Positions 9,785 to 19,850 are shown, counted from the stretch's first letter. The stretch: 64,000 nt of DNA from an uncultured Nitrospiraceae bacterium (GCA_963730935.1 CAVSTP010000004.1:1312001-1376000); one strand, 5' to 3'. Notes: generated by a model from the sequence alone, not told the origin. Translations and numbers: made by a program.

Positions 9785-11179
9785 TCACCGGTAAAACCGT
9801 AGGCCGGACACTTGCGAGACCAGCTCATCCACGCGTCGATTGACGGCGCTGAACGGATCCATGCAGAGGATTGTTTCTTCCCAATAGCCGTTCAGCTTCA
9901 AATAGGTCCAATCGACGGTGTAGGAGCGGTTCTTCGCTCGGGCAAATCTGATGAAGTCGCCGCGAACTTTCGCACGAGTCGTCTGCGGCGGCGTCGACAT
10001 AGCCCGCTGCACCGCGTCCTCTTCCACTACCCGCTCGACCAACCCGCGGGATTCCATGAGGTAGTACAGGCCCCTCGTGCGTTTCACATCATGGAATTGA
10101 AGATCCAGCAGGAATACACGGGGATCGTCCCAGTTGCAGCCCTTCCTGTCCACATAGGATTGGATAAGATGCCGCTTGGTGATCCAGTCGATTTCACGCA
10201 CCAGCTGCATCGGGTCATCTTCGAGCTTGTCCAGGATGGCCGCCCAACGCTTCCAGACATCATCCAGGATGGGATCATGGTCCTGCTGGGCCAAGTACTC
10301 CTGCGCCCGCTCGAGATACACCCGTTGAATTTCGACCGCCGTCAGCTGCCGCCCGTCGTCGAGTTTGATTTTTCGCTTCACCGTCGGATCGCGGGAGATC
10401 TCGCGGATCGCCTTGACGGGGTCTTCCAGTTCCATCCCATGCACGGAAAATCCTTCTTCGATCATCGAAAGGACGAGCGTGGCGGTCCCGACCTTGAGGT
10501 ACGTGACCAGTTCCGACATGTTGGAATCCCCGACGATGATGTGCAACCGCCGATAGCGTTCGGCATCGGCGTGCGGCTCGTCGCGCGTATTGATGATGCT
10601 GCGGGACGACGTAGTCGAAGAGGAAGTTTTTTCATGGATGTGCTGGGCCCGCTGGGAGATGAAAAACTGGGGCTTCCCCGAGACCTTGAGCACCTTGCCC
10701 GCCCCACTGTAGACCTGCCGAGTGACGAAGAAGGGAATGAGCTGCTCGGTCACCTTCCAGAAATCCACGTCACGGCGCATGAGAAAGTTTTCGTGACACC
10801 CATAGGTGTTGCCCAGAGAATCGGTGTTGTTCTTGAAAATATAGATTTCCCCCGACAGTCCCTCTTCGCGCAGTCGTTCTTCCGCCGCCGGCAGACAGGC
10901 CTCCAGCAGGCGCTCGCCGGCCTTGTCATGAACGACGAGGTCCAGAATGTTGTCGCACTCAGGCGTCGAATACTCGGGATGGCAGCCGGTGTCCTGATAA
11001 AACCGCGCGCCATTAACCAAGAACGCATTGGACGGCCAGCTGTTGGGAATCAGTCCCTCAAAGATGTAGCCCAGTACCTTTTCCATCGGCAGGTAAATCC
11101 GGCCGTTCGGAGAGAAAATGAGACCGTACTCGTTCTCGAGACCGAAAATGCGCTGCTTCATAGGACCTGGTGATGGCAT
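9785..11179 (-). CDS. pafA: Pup-protein ligase
   Basis: RIFGLENEYG, NGARFYQD, HPEYSTPEC, FKNNTD, GCHENF, RLHIIVGDSNM, PPQTTRAKVRG. Start at 11179 (promoter-supported) or 11161. Confidence 0.93.
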   Translation of the reverse strand: MPSPGPMKQRIFGLENEYGLIFSPNGRIYLPMEKVLGYIFEGLIPNSWPSNAFLVNGARFYQDTGCHPEYSTPECDNILDLVVHDKAGERLLEACLPAAEERLREEGLSGEIYIFKNNTDSLGNTYGCHENFLMRRDVDFWKVTEQLIPFFVTRQVYSGAGKVLKVSGKPQFFISQRAQHIHEKTSSSTTSSRSIINTRDEPHADAERYRRLHIIVGDSNMSELVTYLKVGTATLVLSMIEEGFSVHGMELEDPVKAIREISRDPTVKRKIKLDDGRQLTAVEIQRVYLERAQEYLAQQDHDPILDDVWKRWAAILDKLEDDPMQLVREIDWITKRHLIQSYVDRKGCNWDDPRVFLLDLQFHDVKRTRGLYYLMESRGLVERVVEEDAVQRAMSTPPQTTRAKVRGDFIRFARAKNRSYTVDWTYLKLNGYWEETILCMDPFSAVNRRVDELVSQVSGLRFYR

Positions 11180-11185
11180 AGAAGG

Positions 11186-11214
11186 AGAATACACGGCCTC
11201 CCGCTCATGTTCAA
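11186..11214 (-). promoter_or_regulatory. Internal promoter of pafA (leaderless geometry)
   Basis: TTGAAC-N17-TATTCT, 6 nt before the in-frame ATG at 11179. Confidence 0.6.
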
Positions 11215-11245
11215 CAGAAGCGGAAGGATTCGTCAGCGGAACGGC

Positions 11246-11929
11246 TTATGCGAGGAACTGCTTGGTTTCGGCGGAGCTGTACCGGCGGAATTTCCGATTG
11301 TCTCTGGTGCGGTCCAGCACCGCCACTTCAAGACCTTCGAGCGAGAGCTTTTGGTTGCCCGTCTGCTCGAGCGCGACGATACAGAGATTCAGCGCCGTCT
11401 TGAGATCCGGCGGCCTGGCCGGCACCTTCTCCTTGAGGGCGGCCTGAACGGCTTCGGACTTGCCGCCGATCACGGCAAACTGCTTCTCATCGATGATGCT
11501 CCCGTCGAAGGAGATGCGGTACATTTCGTTCGTGTGCCCGTTGTGGCCGATCTGGACGACAAGGATCTCCACTTCGAGCGGCTTCATTTCCTGACTGAAG
11601 ATCGTTCCCAGGCTTTGGGAATACCCGTTGGCAAGCGACCGGGCGGTCACATCCTCACGGCTGTACATGAAGCCCTTGAGATCCGCATGACGGATGCCCG
11701 CTTTGCGCAAATTTTCGAACTCGCTGTATTTCCCCGCGCCCGCGAAAGCGATGTTGTCATAAATCTCAGAAATTTTGTGAAGACTGGCGCTCGGATTCTC
11801 CGCGGCCAACAGGATGCCGTTCACATATTCCATCGCAATGATCGACCGGCCCTTGGCGATGCCTTTTTTGGCATACTCCGCCTTGTCCTGCATCATCTGC
11901 TCGGGCGAGACGTAGTAGGGCATCGGCAT
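11246..11929 (-). CDS. prcA: 20S proteasome alpha subunit
   Basis: PYYVSPEQMMQDKAEYAKKGIAKGRS, LHKISEIYD, KPLEVEI (actinobacterial-type PrcA). Confidence 0.95.
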   Translation of the reverse strand: MPMPYYVSPEQMMQDKAEYAKKGIAKGRSIIAMEYVNGILLAAENPSASLHKISEIYDNIAFAGAGKYSEFENLRKAGIRHADLKGFMYSREDVTARSLANGYSQSLGTIFSQEMKPLEVEILVVQIGHNGHTNEMYRISFDGSIIDEKQFAVIGGKSEAVQAALKEKVPARPPDLKTALNLCIVALEQTGNQKLSLEGLEVAVLDRTRDNRKFRRYSSAETKQFLA

Positions 11930-11931
11930 GG

Positions 11932-12759
11932 TTAGCGCTCCTTTGCACCGCGGCTGGCGAGCATCTCATCGTAGATGGCGCGGATCCGTGATTCCGCCAC
12001 GTCGATAATGCCGGTTCCATTGACGATCTTCGCCGTGGGATAGATCCCGCGCACCAGATCGGGACCTCCGGTGCCGACATCATCGTCGGCGGCGTTGTAG
12101 AGCGCTAGGAGGGCCAGTTTCAGCGCGTCGGGCTCGGCCATGGCCTTCGTGAAATGTTCGCGCATGGTGTTGCGGGCATCCTTTCCACCGGAGCCGATCG
12201 CATGATAATCGGACTCCTCGTAGCGTCCGCCGGCCAAATCGTATTTGAAAATCCGCCCTTCACTTCGTTTGAGATCATAGCCGACGTAGAGCGGCATCAC
12301 GACCAGTCCCTGGAACACCATCGGCAGGTTGGCCTTGACCATTTGTCCGAGCTTGTTCGCCTTTCCTTCACAAGACAGTTGCATGCCTTCCAGTTTCTCG
12401 TAGTGCTCCAGCTCGGTTTGGAACAGCCTCGCCATTTCAATGCAGGGCCCGGCCGCACCGGCGATCGCCATAGCCGAGTAGTCGTCGATCTTGAAAACTT
12501 TTTCGATGCGGCGCTCGGCGATCTGAAATCCCTCTGTTGCGCGGCGGTCGCCGGCAATGACGACGCCTTCCTGGTACTTGACAGCCAACACGGTGGTTGC
12601 ATGCGGGACGGCCATAGGTTGCACCGGTCGCGCGGGCTCGTGCTGCATGGACGGCACGTCAGGCAACCGCCGCCCACCCGGCGTCAACTCGGGATGCTGC
12701 CTGGTCAGGAAACTGAAGAAACTCGCGTCGTCGTGATTGGGGAGGAAGGGAAGCTTCAT
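11932..12759 (-). CDS. prcB: 20S proteasome beta subunit with propeptide
   Basis: Propeptide, then TTVLAVKY...AGDRRAT, ELEHYEKLEG, GSGG, DDVGTGGPD. Confidence 0.95.
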   Translation of the reverse strand: MKLPFLPNHDDASFFSFLTRQHPELTPGGRRLPDVPSMQHEPARPVQPMAVPHATTVLAVKYQEGVVIAGDRRATEGFQIAERRIEKVFKIDDYSAMAIAGAAGPCIEMARLFQTELEHYEKLEGMQLSCEGKANKLGQMVKANLPMVFQGLVVMPLYVGYDLKRSEGRIFKYDLAGGRYEESDYHAIGSGGKDARNTMREHFTKAMAEPDALKLALLALYNAADDDVGTGGPDLVRGIYPTAKIVNGTGIIDVAESRIRAIYDEMLASRGAKER

Positions 12760-14259
12760 TTAGGCTTTCAGCTTTGCGAGCAAGGCCTCTGCGGTCTCCG
12801 ATTGGTCGAGCAATTCCGCCGTCAGTGATTCGGTGCCGCGCAGCGGGTCCATCAACGGCACTTTCTTGATGGTGGTGTTGCCGATATCGAAGAGCACCGA
12901 GGTCCAGCTGGCTCCGTAGATGGATTTGGAGAATTTTCCGATGCACCGTCCGCGGAAGTAGGCGCGCGTGCCGGACGGCGGCGTGAACTCCGCCCTGGCC
13001 ACTTCCACATCCTGCACGATGCGCTCGATGAGATGGCTGCGCTCGAGTGTATAGTACAGTCCCTTGTCAGGCCGAATGTCGTGATACTGCAGGTCCATCA
13101 GCCGCACGCGGGGATCATTCCATCCGCAGCCCTTGCGATCCATGTACGACTCGATCATGTGGCGCTTGGCCGCCCAGTCCAGCTCCTGCGCCAGCGAGCG
13201 GGGATCCCTCTCCAGCTTGTCGAGGACGTCTTCCCAGCGCACGAGAATGTCTTTCGTGACCTGGTCCAGTTCATGACAGGCGTAGAAGTCCATGGCCGCT
13301 TTGAGATACGTCCGTTGGATCTCCACGGCGGTGGTCGCTCGGCCGTCCGCCAGCTTCAACGTGCCCTTCATGGTCAAATCGCGGGACACCTGCTTGATGC
13401 CGAGGACGGGATCGTCGAGCTCGATCTGCGGCACATCGATGCCGGCCTCGAGGAGGTCCAACACGATTCCGAGAGTCCCCACCTTGAGATAGGTCGAGAG
13501 TTCCGCCATGTTCGCATCACCGACGATGACGTGAAGTCGTCGGTATTTGCCGTAGTCGGCGTGCGGTTCGTCGCGCGAGTTTACGATCGGACGCTTCACC
13601 ATCGTGTTGAGATCGACCAGACACTCGAAGAAGTCCGCCCGCTGGGAAATCTGGAATTCCGTGAAACTAGTTTGATTTTCTGCGCCGACTTTCCCTGCCC
13701 CGGCATAGATCAGTCTGGTGACGAAGAACGGCGCCAGCATTTTCACAATCCGTTCAAACGGCACCGCCCGGGATAGCATGTAGTTTTCGTGGTAGCCGTA
13801 GCTGTTGCCCTTGCCGTCGGAGTTGTTCTTGTAGAGGACGAACTGGTCGCGGCCTCGCAACCGCGTCATGTTGTCGAGGCATTGGGCGAGGATCCGCTCG
13901 CTGATGCGCTCAAAGGCCACGACTTCGCGAGGATTCGTGCATTCGGGGGTGGAATACTCCGGATGAGCGCCGTCCACATAGAGACGGCCGCCGTTGGACA
14001 GGACTTTGTTCAGCTGGCGGTTGTAATCGGGGTTCGGCCGTTCCCGCTCTCCCTCGACCTCGAACCCCCGGGCATCGAGCAGAGGATTTTCGTTCTCATA
14101 GTCCCAGACGGCATGAGGCACAGAGATGCCGGGATAGTGCCCGATGACCGCGAGCGAATTCGAAATAGGATCGGTAGCCGACGCATCTCTTGATGCAATG
14201 CCGAATTCCGTCTCCGTTCCGAGTACGCGAGGAGCCGTCGGGGGTGTGGAGTCCCGCAT
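12760..14259 (-). CDS. dop: Pup deamidase/depupylase
   Basis: GTETEFGI, Dop loop WDYENENPLLDARGF, NGGRLYVDGAHPEYSTPEC, YKNNSDGKGNSYGYHENY. Confidence 0.93.
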   Translation of the reverse strand: MRDSTPPTAPRVLGTETEFGIASRDASATDPISNSLAVIGHYPGISVPHAVWDYENENPLLDARGFEVEGERERPNPDYNRQLNKVLSNGGRLYVDGAHPEYSTPECTNPREVVAFERISERILAQCLDNMTRLRGRDQFVLYKNNSDGKGNSYGYHENYMLSRAVPFERIVKMLAPFFVTRLIYAGAGKVGAENQTSFTEFQISQRADFFECLVDLNTMVKRPIVNSRDEPHADYGKYRRLHVIVGDANMAELSTYLKVGTLGIVLDLLEAGIDVPQIELDDPVLGIKQVSRDLTMKGTLKLADGRATTAVEIQRTYLKAAMDFYACHELDQVTKDILVRWEDVLDKLERDPRSLAQELDWAAKRHMIESYMDRKGCGWNDPRVRLMDLQYHDIRPDKGLYYTLERSHLIERIVQDVEVARAEFTPPSGTRAYFRGRCIGKFSKSIYGASWTSVLFDIGNTTIKKVPLMDPLRGTESLTAELLDQSETAEALLAKLKA

Positions 14260-14264
14260 GGGGG

Positions 14265-16034
14265 TCAGAGGTAGTGGCCGGTGGTGATGGTTTCGATCTG
14301 GCGCGACTCGCCCGGCCCCCCGCTGATAGTCCGGATATGCACGATTTTCTCGCCCTTCTTGCCCGCGACCTTGGCCCAGTCGTCGGGGTTGGTCGTGTTG
14401 GGCAGATCCTCGTGTTCCTTAAACTCCTCCCGGATCGCGCGGATCAGGTCCTCGGACCTGAGGCCCCGGCCTTCCTGGGCAATAGCGCGCTTGACGGCGT
14501 ACTTCTTGGCGCGCGAGACGATGCCTTCGATCAAGGCCCCGCTGGCGAAATCCTTGAAGTAGAGAATTTCTTTCTCGCCGTTCGCGTAGGTCACTTCGAT
14601 GAACCGGTTCTCCTCGGAGGTCGCGTACATGGTGCCGACCGTCAGGTCAGTCAGATGTTCGACGAAGGTCTTGACGTCTCCGCCGTGGCGCTTCAACTCT
14701 TCCTCGTCGAACGGCAGAGTGGTTCCCACGTACTTCGAGAAAATATCCTTCGCGGCCACTGCATCGGGACGGCCCACCTTCACCTTGACGTCCAACCGGC
14801 CGGCCCGCAGCACGGCGGGATCGATGAGATCCTGCCGGTTGCTCGCGCCGATGACGATCACGTTCCGCAACCGCTCGACGCCGTCGATCTCGGAGAGGAA
14901 TTGCGGCACAATCGTGGATTCGATGTCCGACGAGATACCGGTGCCGCGGGTACGGAAGAGGGCGTCCATTTCGTCGAAGAAGACGATGACCGGATTGCCG
15001 TCCGCCGCCCGTTCCTTGGCCTTCTTGAAGACTTCCCGCACCTGGCGCTCCGATTCTCCCACATATTTGTTGAGTAGCTCCGGCCCTTTGACATGTAGGA
15101 AGTAGCTCCTCACTTCCTTGCCGGTCAAGTGTCCCAACTTCTTCGCGATGGAGTTCGCCACGGCTTTGGCAATGAGCGTTTTCCCGCAGCCCGGTGGGCC
15201 ATACAACAGAACCCCTTTCGGGGCGCTGAGCTGGTATTCCGCGAACAAGTGAGGGTGGAGGAACGGCAGCTCGACCGCATCCCGCACCTGCTCCAACTCA
15301 TGCTGAAGTCCGCCGATATGGGCATAGTCCACATCAGGCACTTCCTCCAGCACCAATTCCTCTGCTTCCGATTTCGGCAGTTTTTCAATGACGCAGCCGG
15401 AACGCGGATCGAACAATAGGTGATCGCCCACGCTGAGACGCTCGGCCAGCAGGGGCTCGCCGAGTTCGGCAACCTTCTCTTCGTCGAAGTGGAGCGTGAC
15501 GAGCGCGCGGTTCCCCTCCAACAGATCCTTTAAGCGGACGACTTCACCCTGGACGTCGAATCCACGGGCTTCGATCACGTTCAAGGCTTCGTTCAGGATC
15601 ACTTCCTGCCCCTTCCGCAAGCCTTTGCTCGCAACCGTCGGGTGCAAGCTCACCTTCATCTTGCGTCCGGACACATACACGTTGCCGGTGCCGTCCTGGT
15701 TGAGGCTCGAGAAGATGGCGTAGGTGGAAGGAGGCGCGGTCAGTTTTTCGACTTCGGCGCGCAGCGCTTCGATTTGCGCTTTGGCTTCCTGAAGGGTCGT
15801 GACGAGCTTTTCGTTCTGCTTATTGGCCTGGTCGAGTTGGTAGCGGGATTGGTACAGCCGACGGATTTCTTCTTCCATCGACTGAATCTGGACGCGAAGC
15901 TTTTCGATCTCCCGATTTTGTTCGTCGTTCCGATGAATCACGTTTTGGTCTCCCTCGGACAACCGCTTCGTAATGTGCTTAACGGAATCTCGGAGGGACC
16001 GGAGCCGGCTTGGACTTCCTTTCGAATCGGCCAT
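14265..16034 (-). CDS. arc: Proteasome ATPase ARC/Mpa
   Basis: N-terminal coiled coil, GPPGCGKT, KGPELLNKYVGESER, FFDEMD, EDLPNTTNPDDWA, C-terminal GHYL (GQYL-like). Start approximate. Confidence 0.95.
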   Translation of the reverse strand: MADSKGSPSRLRSLRDSVKHITKRLSEGDQNVIHRNDEQNREIEKLRVQIQSMEEEIRRLYQSRYQLDQANKQNEKLVTTLQEAKAQIEALRAEVEKLTAPPSTYAIFSSLNQDGTGNVYVSGRKMKVSLHPTVASKGLRKGQEVILNEALNVIEARGFDVQGEVVRLKDLLEGNRALVTLHFDEEKVAELGEPLLAERLSVGDHLLFDPRSGCVIEKLPKSEAEELVLEEVPDVDYAHIGGLQHELEQVRDAVELPFLHPHLFAEYQLSAPKGVLLYGPPGCGKTLIAKAVANSIAKKLGHLTGKEVRSYFLHVKGPELLNKYVGESERQVREVFKKAKERAADGNPVIVFFDEMDALFRTRGTGISSDIESTIVPQFLSEIDGVERLRNVIVIGASNRQDLIDPAVLRAGRLDVKVKVGRPDAVAAKDIFSKYVGTTLPFDEEELKRHGGDVKTFVEHLTDLTVGTMYATSEENRFIEVTYANGEKEILYFKDFASGALIEGIVSRAKKYAVKRAIAQEGRGLRSEDLIRAIREEFKEHEDLPNTTNPDDWAKVAGKKGEKIVHIRTISGGPGESRQIETITTGHYL

Positions 16035-16094
16035 CGAAGCACCTGGGACAAGCGACAGACTCCTGATGAATCGCAAAGTCCAAGTCTTGAGCGG

Positions 16095-16123
16095 ATTCTA
16101 ACACTCGTTATTTTCACGGTCAA
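16095..16123 (-). promoter_or_regulatory. Promoter of the arc-dop-prcBA operon
   Basis: TTGACC-N17-TAGAAT with TG extension. Confidence 0.65.
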
Positions 16124-16167
16124 CTAGACGGCAGATTCTCGCGCGTGGAATCAGGCATTTGAGTCGA

Positions 16168-16800
16168 TCATGATGTTGACATCAGGGCGTCGAGCAGCGC
16201 TCGCGTCGCCGCTTCCACATCCTCCGCGCCGAGGATGGTGGTGATGACGGCGACTCCGAACGCGCCCGCAGAGCGCATGTCGCGTGCGCGCGCGGCGGTC
16301 ACGCCACCGATGCCGACAATCGGCACCCGAACGGCTTGTGCCGCGTCTTCCAATTTTGAGAGACCGAGTGGAGGGCCGTACATGTGCTTCGACGGCGTCT
16401 CATAAACCGGACCGAAGACGATGTAATCGGCTCCTCCAGCTTCGGCCTGCACCGCCTCGCTGACGGAATGGACCGAGACCCCGAGCAGCCGATGAGCACC
16501 GATCAGCCGGCGCGCCACCGGCAAGGGCAGGCTGTCGCTGCGCAGATGCAGGCCGGCTCCCGCGACCGACAGCGCCACGTCGAGGCGGTCATTGATCAGG
16601 AGTTGGCTGCCACGAGGCCCTGCGAGCTGCCGAATCTCATCCGCCAACGCAAGTAGTTCCTTCGCACAGAGGTCGCGTTCACGTAGGTGAATGGCAGGGC
16701 TCCCCGCCTTCAACGCCTGCGCCAGGACGAATAGCAACGGCCTGCCCTTCGTCTGTTGACGATCCGTAACGAGGAGAAGACGGGACTCAAGCGACGGCAT
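16168..16800 (-). CDS. thiE: Thiamine phosphate synthase / TenI family protein
   Basis: HLRER, INDRLDVAL, GVSVHS, ADYIVFGPVYETPSK, VGIGG; follows thiS-thiG. Confidence 0.75.
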   Translation of the reverse strand: MPSLESRLLLVTDRQQTKGRPLLFVLAQALKAGSPAIHLRERDLCAKELLALADEIRQLAGPRGSQLLINDRLDVALSVAGAGLHLRSDSLPLPVARRLIGAHRLLGVSVHSVSEAVQAEAGGADYIVFGPVYETPSKHMYGPPLGLSKLEDAAQAVRVPIVGIGGVTAARARDMRSAGAFGVAVITTILGAEDVEAATRALLDALMSTS

Positions 16801-16831
16801 GAAGGACCGGCAGAGAACGCAGGGTCACTGC

Positions 16832-17605
16832 TTACAACATGCCTTCGATGGGGCTGCTTGCCGTCGCATACAGCTTGCGCGGGATCCGACCCGCCTTGTG
16901 CGCCAGCCGGCCGGCATGGACCGCATATTTCATGGCCTCGGCCATCGCGATGGGATCCTTGGCGCCCGCGATGGCCGTGTTCATGAGTACGGCATCGGCG
17001 CCATATTCCATGGCGAGAGCCGCATCCGAGGCGGTCCCGACGCCCGCATCCACAATGATCGGCACCTTGACGGTCTCCATGATGATTTTCAAGTTGTAGG
17101 GATTGCGGATGCCCAGACCCGAGCCGATCGGTGCAGCCAGCGGCATGACGGCGGGACAACCGATATCAACGAGCTTCTTCGCGACGATAGGATCATCGTT
17201 CGTATAGGGAAGGACAATGAACCCTTCCTTGATCAAAATCCTGGCTGCCTCAATGAGGCCCGCCGTATCAGGGAACAGCGTTTTCTCGTCCCCCAGCACT
17301 TCCAGCTTCACGAGGTCTGAGATTCCGGCCGCTCGAGCCAGCCGTGCATACCGCACCGCATCCTCAACCGTGTAGCAGCCGGCCGTATTCGGCAGAATCG
17401 TATATTTCTTGGGATCGATGTAGTCGAGCAGGTTTTCCTTCGACCGGTCCGTAATGTTCACCCGGCGCACGGCGACCGTCACGACGTCGGCCCCGGACAC
17501 TTCGATCGCCTTTCGAGTTTCGGCAAAATCCTTGTACTTGCCGGTTCCCACCCAGAGGCGGGACCTAAATTCCCGGCCGGCAATCACCAAGCGATCGTCA
17601 TACAT
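16832..17605 (-). CDS. thiG: Thiazole synthase
   Basis: [42 protein letters not shown]. Confidence 0.97.
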   Translation of the reverse strand: MYDDRLVIAGREFRSRLWVGTGKYKDFAETRKAIEVSGADVVTVAVRRVNITDRSKENLLDYIDPKKYTILPNTAGCYTVEDAVRYARLARAAGISDLVKLEVLGDEKTLFPDTAGLIEAARILIKEGFIVLPYTNDDPIVAKKLVDIGCPAVMPLAAPIGSGLGIRNPYNLKIIMETVKVPIIVDAGVGTASDAALAMEYGADAVLMNTAIAGAKDPIAMAEAMKYAVHAGRLAHKAGRIPRKLYATASSPIEGML

Positions 17606-17855
17606 CGGTCCGTCCCCTTTCCATCCGCTCGCGGGAGACGAGCCCCCCGCCGCCGATGAAGCTCAAAATTTCCACCCGATCGCCTGCCTTGAGACTTCGG
17701 AGCTCGAAATCCTTCCGATCGAGGATTTCCAGGTTTAATTCCACGGCGACACGCTCGGTCTTGATGTCCAGCTCCCGCAGCAGATCGCCGACGGTCAAGC
17801 CTGACCGGCAATCGCGCGGCAGGCCGTTGACCTGGATTTGCATGGCTTCAGCCAT
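17598..17855 (-). CDS. thiS: Sulfur carrier protein ThiS (with a C-terminal extension)
   Basis: IQVNG...VAVELN...[13 protein letters not shown], followed by 15 extra residues; overlaps the thiG start. Confidence 0.88.
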   Translation of the reverse strand: MAEAMQIQVNGLPRDCRSGLTVGDLLRELDIKTERVAVELNLEILDRKDFELRSLKAGDRVEILSFIGGGGLVSRERMERGRTDV

Positions 17856-17954
17856 GGTCTATCATCCTAGGGAAGCGCAATTCCGGTTGTCAATCAATCG
17901 TCGAGCTCCTTGCCTGTATCGATCAGACCGGGCAGAATACGGCAGGACACCACG

Positions 17955-18428
17955 ATGGCCGTTCCGGAGCGCAATCAGCAGCTTGCCGCACTGTTCCGAT
18001 CGATCGCGGAGCTTCTCGCCGCTCAGCGGGCGAATCCCTATCGGGTTCGCGCCTACCGCCGGGGAGCCGATGCCCTCTTGGCCTTGGATGAAGATGTGGC
18101 GGACGTAGCGCAACGACATGCGCTCGAAGAAATCGACGGCATCGGCAGCGATTTGTCCCAGAAGACCGAAGAGTTTCTCAAAACCGGCAAGATCCTGACG
18201 CTGGAAACGCTCCGGATGCCCTTGCCCGAGCAAGTGAAGGGCTGGGCGCAATTACCGGGCCTTTCGGAATCGCTGGTCGCCTATCTGTACAGTCGCCTGA
18301 ACATCGCCAGCTTGGCGGACCTCGAGAAGCTCGTACGTTCTCACATGCTCCGAACGATGCCGGGCTTCTCGGGATCCGAGGAGACCTTGCTCCAAGCTAT
18401 TGAGGAGCTGCGTCGACGCTCAGCCTGA
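17955..18428 (+). CDS. Helix-hairpin-helix protein resembling the N-terminus of family X DNA polymerase
   Basis: NPYRVRAYRR, LEEIDGIG, LPGL...LNIASLADLE; no palm or PHP domain. Confidence 0.75.
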   Translation: MAVPERNQQLAALFRSIAELLAAQRANPYRVRAYRRGADALLALDEDVADVAQRHALEEIDGIGSDLSQKTEEFLKTGKILTLETLRMPLPEQVKGWAQLPGLSESLVAYLYSRLNIASLADLEKLVRSHMLRTMPGFSGSEETLLQAIEELRRRSA

Positions 18429-19799
18429 TCAGGACGGCCGAAGCTCCTTGAATATCTTCCACGTCTTGAGCAGTTCGACGGCCTTTTGCAGCTGTACATC
18501 CTGCTCCAACGAGGGCTCACCCGAAAGATCGGGCGAAGCAGCGGCCGGGGCCGCGCCGTTCCTTTGCACGCCGTCTTCGGCGCCTTTGGGCGTCGCAGCG
18601 GACTGCTCTTTTCCAGGGCCGGTGACGGGCGGTTTGGACGCCTTGCCATCGGCCTCTTTATCTCCCGGCTTGCCCTCGGCCTTGGCCACCGTGGTCGCCG
18701 GTTGCGGCTTGATCACGATGTCGGGAGTGATCCCGGTCGATTGAATAGAGCGGCCTTTCGGGGTGTAGTATTTGGCGGTCGTGAGCCGGAGCCCCGATCC
18801 ATCGCCCAGTGGAAGAATCGTCTGTACCGATCCCTTTCCAAATGACGTCGTTCCCACGATCACGGCACGCCCGTAATCCTGTAAGGCACCGGCCACAATT
18901 TCCGATGCACTAGCCGATCCTTCATTGACGAGGATGATCATCGGCGAATCGTCCATCTGATCCCTCCCCTTGGCGAACCACTCATCCTTCTTGCTCTCAC
19001 GGCCCTTGGTATACACCACGAGCTTGCCGTTCGGCAGGAACTGCTCGGACACCTCCACAGCCGCCGTCAACAAACCTCCGGGATTGTTGCGCAGGTCGAG
19101 GATCGTGGACTGCACTTTTTGGTCCTTGAATTGCTTCAAGACCCTGCCCAAATCCCGACCCGTGGCCTCTTGAAACTGGGTGAGTTTGACGTAGCCGATG
19201 TTATCCAAGACCTTCGATTTCACGCTCTCAATCTTGATGGTATCCCGCACAAGGGTAAATTGAAGCGGATCGACGGTGCCGTCCCGTTGGATGGTGAGAT
19301 TGACCTTGGTGCCCTTCGGCCCACGCATCTTTTGTACGGCATCCATGAGCGACAGATCCTTCGTGGACTCTTCATTGACCTTCGTAATGTAGTCGCCAGC
19401 CTTGATACCCGCGCGCTGTGCCGGCGTCCCATCGATCGGCGCGATCACCGCCAAACGATTTTCTTTGACGCCGATCTGAATCCCGACGCCCCCGAACTCT
19501 CCCTTGGTCTCGACCTGCATTTCCTTGTACATCTCGGGGGTCATGTAGGCCGAGTGCGGATCGAGCGTCGAGAGCATGCCGCGAATGGCTCCCTGGACGA
19601 GATCCTTGACCTTCGTGTCGTCGACATAGTTTTTCTGGACCTGCGTCAAGACCTCCGAAAACGTTCTCAATTCCTCGTATGTCTCGGTGGCATGGCCGGT
19701 CCGTTCCCATCCCTTGCCGATTAATACGCCGGACAGCAAGGCCACCACGACCATTGGCCCCAGCATCCAGAATCGCCGCCGTTGGTTCTGTTCCATCAT
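18429..19799 (-). CDS. ctpA: C-terminal processing protease (S41, PDZ domain)
   Basis: LDPHSAY, FGGVGIQI, LDLRNNPGG, SASASEIVAGALQD, SFGKGSVQ. Confidence 0.93.
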   Translation of the reverse strand: MMEQNQRRRFWMLGPMVVVALLSGVLIGKGWERTGHATETYEELRTFSEVLTQVQKNYVDDTKVKDLVQGAIRGMLSTLDPHSAYMTPEMYKEMQVETKGEFGGVGIQIGVKENRLAVIAPIDGTPAQRAGIKAGDYITKVNEESTKDLSLMDAVQKMRGPKGTKVNLTIQRDGTVDPLQFTLVRDTIKIESVKSKVLDNIGYVKLTQFQEATGRDLGRVLKQFKDQKVQSTILDLRNNPGGLLTAAVEVSEQFLPNGKLVVYTKGRESKKDEWFAKGRDQMDDSPMIILVNEGSASASEIVAGALQDYGRAVIVGTTSFGKGSVQTILPLGDGSGLRLTTAKYYTPKGRSIQSTGITPDIVIKPQPATTVAKAEGKPGDKEADGKASKPPVTGPGKEQSAATPKGAEDGVQRNGAAPAAASPDLSGEPSLEQDVQLQKAVELLKTWKIFKELRPS

Positions 19800-19850
19800 A
19801 TGCGTCCTTTCGCCCGCACAAGCTTGTATTGCTCTGTTGTCTTTGTTTCT

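Noticed and set aside
9785..16034. Pup-proteasome in a diderm as a novel system in itself
   Set aside because: Already known from Nitrospirota; only its split organisation is flagged.
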